19,778 nucleotides of DNA from Candidatus Caldarchaeales archaeon (GTDB taxonomy: Archaea; Thermoproteota; Nitrososphaeria_A; Caldarchaeales; Wolframiiraptoraceae), in contig JBCNVN010000027.1 of the NCBI GenBank assembly GCA_039630055.1, positions 1 to 19,778 on the forward strand. Reading direction: 5' to 3'. Made by a program: the position numbers and the translations under genes. The notes beneath the pieces are model-generated. The model ran no database searches. It was not told the DNA's origin and saw only the letters and a program-made list of their open reading frames with translations. Each line of letters begins with the position of its first letter. Within the stretch, counting starts at the first letter, position 1. Below, in pieces: positions 16,469-19,778 of this stretch.

Positions 16469-17643
16469 AGATAGTGGCGTTGGAAGATTTGAAGAGTATT
16501 CCCAGACCTCCAATAGAAGAATTGTTAGAAGATGCTGCCAAGTTGTTGAGAGAAGGTAAGCTAGAGGAGACAATAGAGGTGGATGATGATCTTAGAGTAA
16601 GCCCCAGGCATTATAGGATCTTCCATGCATTAAAGATGCTGGGTGTAAAGAGGCTTCCAGTAACTATTAACAGAACCATCAGGGTTGATTTAACATTGGT
16701 AGAGCTTGGATTCGAAGAAGATTTAGAAGCTAATCCCTTCAGAGTATGTAGAGAACATGGCGAACTGATTAAATCTTGCTGGCCTACACCTTTAGTCTAT
16801 CTCAGCTCTCTATCAAGAAACATGAGCGAGGCATGGGCTAAATTAGAGTATTTCAATCCTTTTAGTAATAGTATCAAGGATAGGATCGGATGGTTTATGC
16901 TCGTTGATGCATTAGAGAATGATATAGGTATTTCTAGGAGTAGGCTGATCTATGAAGCATCTTCAACCAATACTGGGATAGCTCTAACATGTGTTGGGAA
17001 AAGATTTGGTCTCAAGACAAGAATATATCTACCTAGCTCTGTTCAGAAACATAACGATCTCTACTTCAAGATACTTGGCTCAGAGTTGGTGAGAGTTCCT
17101 GAACAATTAACAACTCAAGCAATAGAAAGGGTTAGAGAAGATTCAAGAAGAGATGGTGCAGTACATATTAACCAATTTGAGAATGATGCCAACTTTATCT
17201 CTCATCTAAGATTTACAGCTAAAGAGCTTGATATACAGTTGAGGAAGGCTGGGCTGAAGCCTAGAAGGATAATCTGCTCACTTGGAACCTCTGGCCATGC
17301 TAGCGCTATATCCTTCTACTTTAAGAATAGGTATTCAAAGGATCTGGAGGTTATAGGTGTACAGCCAGCTAAAGATAATATTATTCCCGGTATGAGGAGG
17401 GTTGAGACTGGGATGAAGTGGATACATCTCGTCAAGATAGATAAGATTATCGAGGTAACATGCGATGAGGCTCTTGAAGGGCTTCTAAAGATCACCACTA
17501 ATGAGGGGCTACCGATAGGTCCGAGTTCTGGAGCTGTGGTTGCAGCTCTCGATAAACTTCAAGATTTAGATGGTGTAACTATCTTGATCATGCCAGACCA
17601 CTTCTACAAGTATAGCGAGTTCTTCTCTTCCATTATGGTTTAA
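16465..17643 (+). CDS. cysO: PLP-dependent cysteine synthase, O-phospho-L-serine sulfhydrylase (CysO type) with N-terminal extra domain
   Basis: KLEYFNPFSNSIKDR (PLP Lys), SSTNTG, NQFENDANF, SLGTSGH, IPGMRRVETGM. Closely parallels recalled Aeropyrum pernix CysO motifs. Confidence 0.85.
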   Translation: MKIVALEDLKSIPRPPIEELLEDAAKLLREGKLEETIEVDDDLRVSPRHYRIFHALKMLGVKRLPVTINRTIRVDLTLVELGFEEDLEANPFRVCREHGELIKSCWPTPLVYLSSLSRNMSEAWAKLEYFNPFSNSIKDRIGWFMLVDALENDIGISRSRLIYEASSTNTGIALTCVGKRFGLKTRIYLPSSVQKHNDLYFKILGSELVRVPEQLTTQAIERVREDSRRDGAVHINQFENDANFISHLRFTAKELDIQLRKAGLKPRRIICSLGTSGHASAISFYFKNRYSKDLEVIGVQPAKDNIIPGMRRVETGMKWIHLVKIDKIIEVTCDEALEGLLKITTNEGLPIGPSSGAVVAALDKLQDLDGVTILIMPDHFYKYSEFFSSIMV

Positions 17644-17682
17644 GAAAATATCTAAAGAATGATTTAATCGGTTTTATTCGAT

Positions 17683-18081
17683 CTATCTATATGATTTCTG
17701 TCTAAACCTTCTCGCAGAGTATCTATTGGGCTTCTTAGGCTCAGTCTGTCTCGGATCTCCCGCTAACAGCATCCTATCGTATTCTTTTATGTTTTGTAAT
17801 GCTGTCTCACTTCTAGAGGCTAGTGCTTTCGCTATGGCAAATGATACAGCATCTGCGATGGCGACTATTCCTCCACCTTTAACTTTTACATAGAAGTCAT
17901 GACTTTTCCAGAACTTCTCATCAAAGTATAATGGTTTCAATATCTTGCTCCTAACGAATTCATCTCCAAAAAATGTTACCGGCTGATTGTTTATGTATAC
18001 GTTTCCTTTTCCCGGTCTTATGAAGAGTTTAGCTATGGCTGTTTTTCTTCTTCCTACGAATGGTCCTGTCGGCTTAGTCAA
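17683..18081 (-). CDS. rps9: 30S ribosomal protein uS9
   Basis: GRRKTAIA, VKGGG, YDRMLLAGDPRQTEPKK, ARRFRQKSYR. Confidence 0.97.
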   Translation of the reverse strand: MTKPTGPFVGRRKTAIAKLFIRPGKGNVYINNQPVTFFGDEFVRSKILKPLYFDEKFWKSHDFYVKVKGGGIVAIADAVSFAIAKALASRSETALQNIKEYDRMLLAGDPRQTEPKKPNRYSARRFRQKSYR

Positions 18082-18553
18082 TAAACCTCCCTCCAGAGAT
18101 AATACCTGAAACCTCTCCGATAGTCATATATCTTAATATTCTTCCAGATTTAGCTATCCCCTCACCGATCTCTGCATCTTTAAATCTTATCTTCTCAACG
18201 TTTTCCAATGTTTTCGGTAGACCGATGTAAACCTTTAATCTTCTTATGGCTTCCCTCCCTCTAGGCTTATCTCTCGGAAGCATTCGAGCTATCGTATACC
18301 AGACTATCCTATCCGACCTCCTCGGATACCATACTTTTACAACTTTATGGGATGAAAGCTGCCGCCTACTCATCAATCTAAGATATCTTTCTAGTACCGC
18401 TTTCTTATTCCCAGTTATAATTGCTTTATCAGCGTTTACAACAATCACTTCGACCCCAGATAGTAATAGTTTTGCGATCTTAGAGGCTATCCTACCTAGC
18501 CTCTGTCCTGCAGCATCTACTACTATCCGTCCACTAACTTTTTCCTCCAACAT
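18074..18553 (-). CDS. rpl13: 50S ribosomal protein uL13
   Basis: VVDAAGQRLGRIASKIAKLLL, RMLP, RLKVYIGLP. Overlaps rps9 by 8 nt. Confidence 0.96.
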   Translation of the reverse strand: MLEEKVSGRIVVDAAGQRLGRIASKIAKLLLSGVEVIVVNADKAIITGNKKAVLERYLRLMSRRQLSSHKVVKVWYPRRSDRIVWYTIARMLPRDKPRGREAIRRLKVYIGLPKTLENVEKIRFKDAEIGEGIAKSGRILRYMTIGEVSGIISGGRFID

Positions 18554-18920
18554 TCAGTATTTCAACGATCTTGGATGAATGGCAATATATAACTTTAATA
18601 GTTTTTCCTCATTATCTAAGATCATCCCATAATTCTTAAAACTCTACTTTGCTTTAATTCTAGATTGTTTTGAGCTTGATTCATCTATAGATATAACTTT
18701 CAGAGAAGGGGGTGAGAAGAGGTGTGTAAGTAGAGGGTTTTAGGTTCACATATTCTCTACGGCTTCATGCTGAGCACACATAAGCAATGGTAGACATGAG
18801 ACATCTACTAGAGTTTATCATTTGGGGAAAGGGTTTTAGAGTGGGAGAGGCTTCAAGCTCTATCAAAAAATATAACATCATTAATCTATATATGAAAATA
18901 TGAAAATAATTGATGGTGGT

Positions 18921-19778
18921 TTATCTTATCCGGAATGTTCGGTCGCTCGTGTCTTCACCTATCTGTCCAAAATTATCTGTAACGACCACCTTGATTAAGC
19001 CTGCATTTGTAGATATGTTCGGCACCCTCCACAAGTAGCGTCCCGGATTTCCTGATAAAGTCGTTATCAGAAACCATCTTGTTCCTGCGTTTGGAGAGAA
19101 GTAGATCTGAGTTTGTATAATTTCTCCTCCACCTGAAACTGTCCAAGAGATAATGTAATAACTGTTTCTTCTAAGTATTTCACCACCATTAGGTTTAATG
19201 ACTCTGACGACTATAGGCTGTAGCGGCTGTCTCACTATCCTAAACGTTGAGTCGCTCGTATCATAGATTGATGAATTTGTAACACTCTCTATCCTAATCA
19301 AGGCAGAGTTTGTAGCTGGACCTGTGACCAGCCATGGTTCAGAGCCATCATTCAATGTCTCACTGAAGATGATAGACCATGTGGATCCCCCATCTCTTGA
19401 GAGTAGTATCCTGACATTTCCGGAGACGGCCTGTGAGCTCCATCTTATCTGAATAGTCGAGTTAATATATAGGCTCTCACCACCGTTTGGATAGATAACG
19501 TTTATTTGTGGAGTAGCTGGTGGTTGGAATGTTGTCAAGTCTCCTAGCTCTCTCTCGATGTTTGCAATATTGCTGAAGACGAAATGTGTCACACCGTTTA
19601 TTTCTCCTCCACCCCATAGTATACCGTATAACTGTACATTCCCAGTTGATGAATCAACGATCTTGAAGACTGGTGAGCCGCTATCGCCAGGTCCAGCATT
19701 CGCTCTTACAAAGTCTTGACAGATTAGAGCATAATTAGTTCCAGAAACAAGTGTTGTAACACATGTATTTGTCACCCC
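18921..19778 (-). CDS. 5'-partial trypsin-like (PA clan) serine protease with two C-terminal PNGGE Ig-like domains
   Basis: Catalytic-Ser motif GPGDSGSPVF followed by GILWGG. Two ~90-aa repeats (PNGGE...W...G..W...DTSD.TFRI). The frame is open to the window edge. Confidence 0.8.
   Translation of the reverse strand, partial: GVTNTCVTTLVSGTNYALICQDFVRANAGPGDSGSPVFKIVDSSTGNVQLYGILWGGGEINGVTHFVFSNIANIERELGDLTTFQPPATPQINVIYPNGGESLYINSTIQIRWSSQAVSGNVRILLSRDGGSTWSIIFSETLNDGSEPWLVTGPATNSALIRIESVTNSSIYDTSDSTFRIVRQPLQPIVVRVIKPNGGEILRRNSYYIISWTVSGGGEIIQTQIYFSPNAGTRWFLITTLSGNPGRYLWRVPNISTNAGLIKVVVTDNFGQIGEDTSDRTFRIR

Noticed and set aside
1935-18578. Short antisense ORFs (1935, 2678, 3275, 5716, 7658, 8340, 9417, 9701, 11826, 12113, 12575, 12769, 13943, 17316, 18246)
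   Set aside because: All lie opposite well-supported genes and are typical shadow ORFs, especially those opposite ABC ATPases.
18554-18920. Hidden rpl18e, small RNA or IS remnant in the 367-nt spacer
   Set aside because: No ORF with L18e features, no terminal inverted repeats, and only a weak GTAGA-N9-TCTAC hairpin.

Overview
Archaeal chromosomal segment, probably from a thermophilic TACK archaeon (Caldarchaeales/'Aigarchaeota'-like is a guess from gene style). Evidence: archaeal uS2/uS9/uL13, Rpo10, mevalonate kinase plus isopentenyl phosphate kinase, and TATA boxes about 23-25 nt upstream of several starts. Positions 1-1685 look accessory: SD-led micro-ORFs, including a 37-aa hyper-acidic peptide missed by the ORF track, and a free-standing HTH-LAGLIDADG endonuclease converging on an intronless tRNA-Asp(GTC). 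Next come a degenerate MobA-like transferase, an AIR-synthase-family gene, a hypothetical gene and mvk-ipk. The conserved rpl13-rps9-rpoN-eno-rps2 string follows on the minus strand, interrupted by two cassettes. Cassette 1 holds dppD, a truncated dppF and a DUF1028 gene that appear joined at a deletion junction. Cassette 2 holds a complete Liv-type ABC transporter divergent from a two-gene operon: a minimal SerK-like ParB/Srx serine kinase and a CysO-type O-phosphoserine sulfhydrylase whose N-terminus looks like a degenerate copy of the kinase fold. That operon is the best candidate for an undescribed system. The window ends in the 3' part of a trypsin-like protease with two PNGGE Ig-like domains. 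All assignments are by-eye motif recognition; no searches were run.
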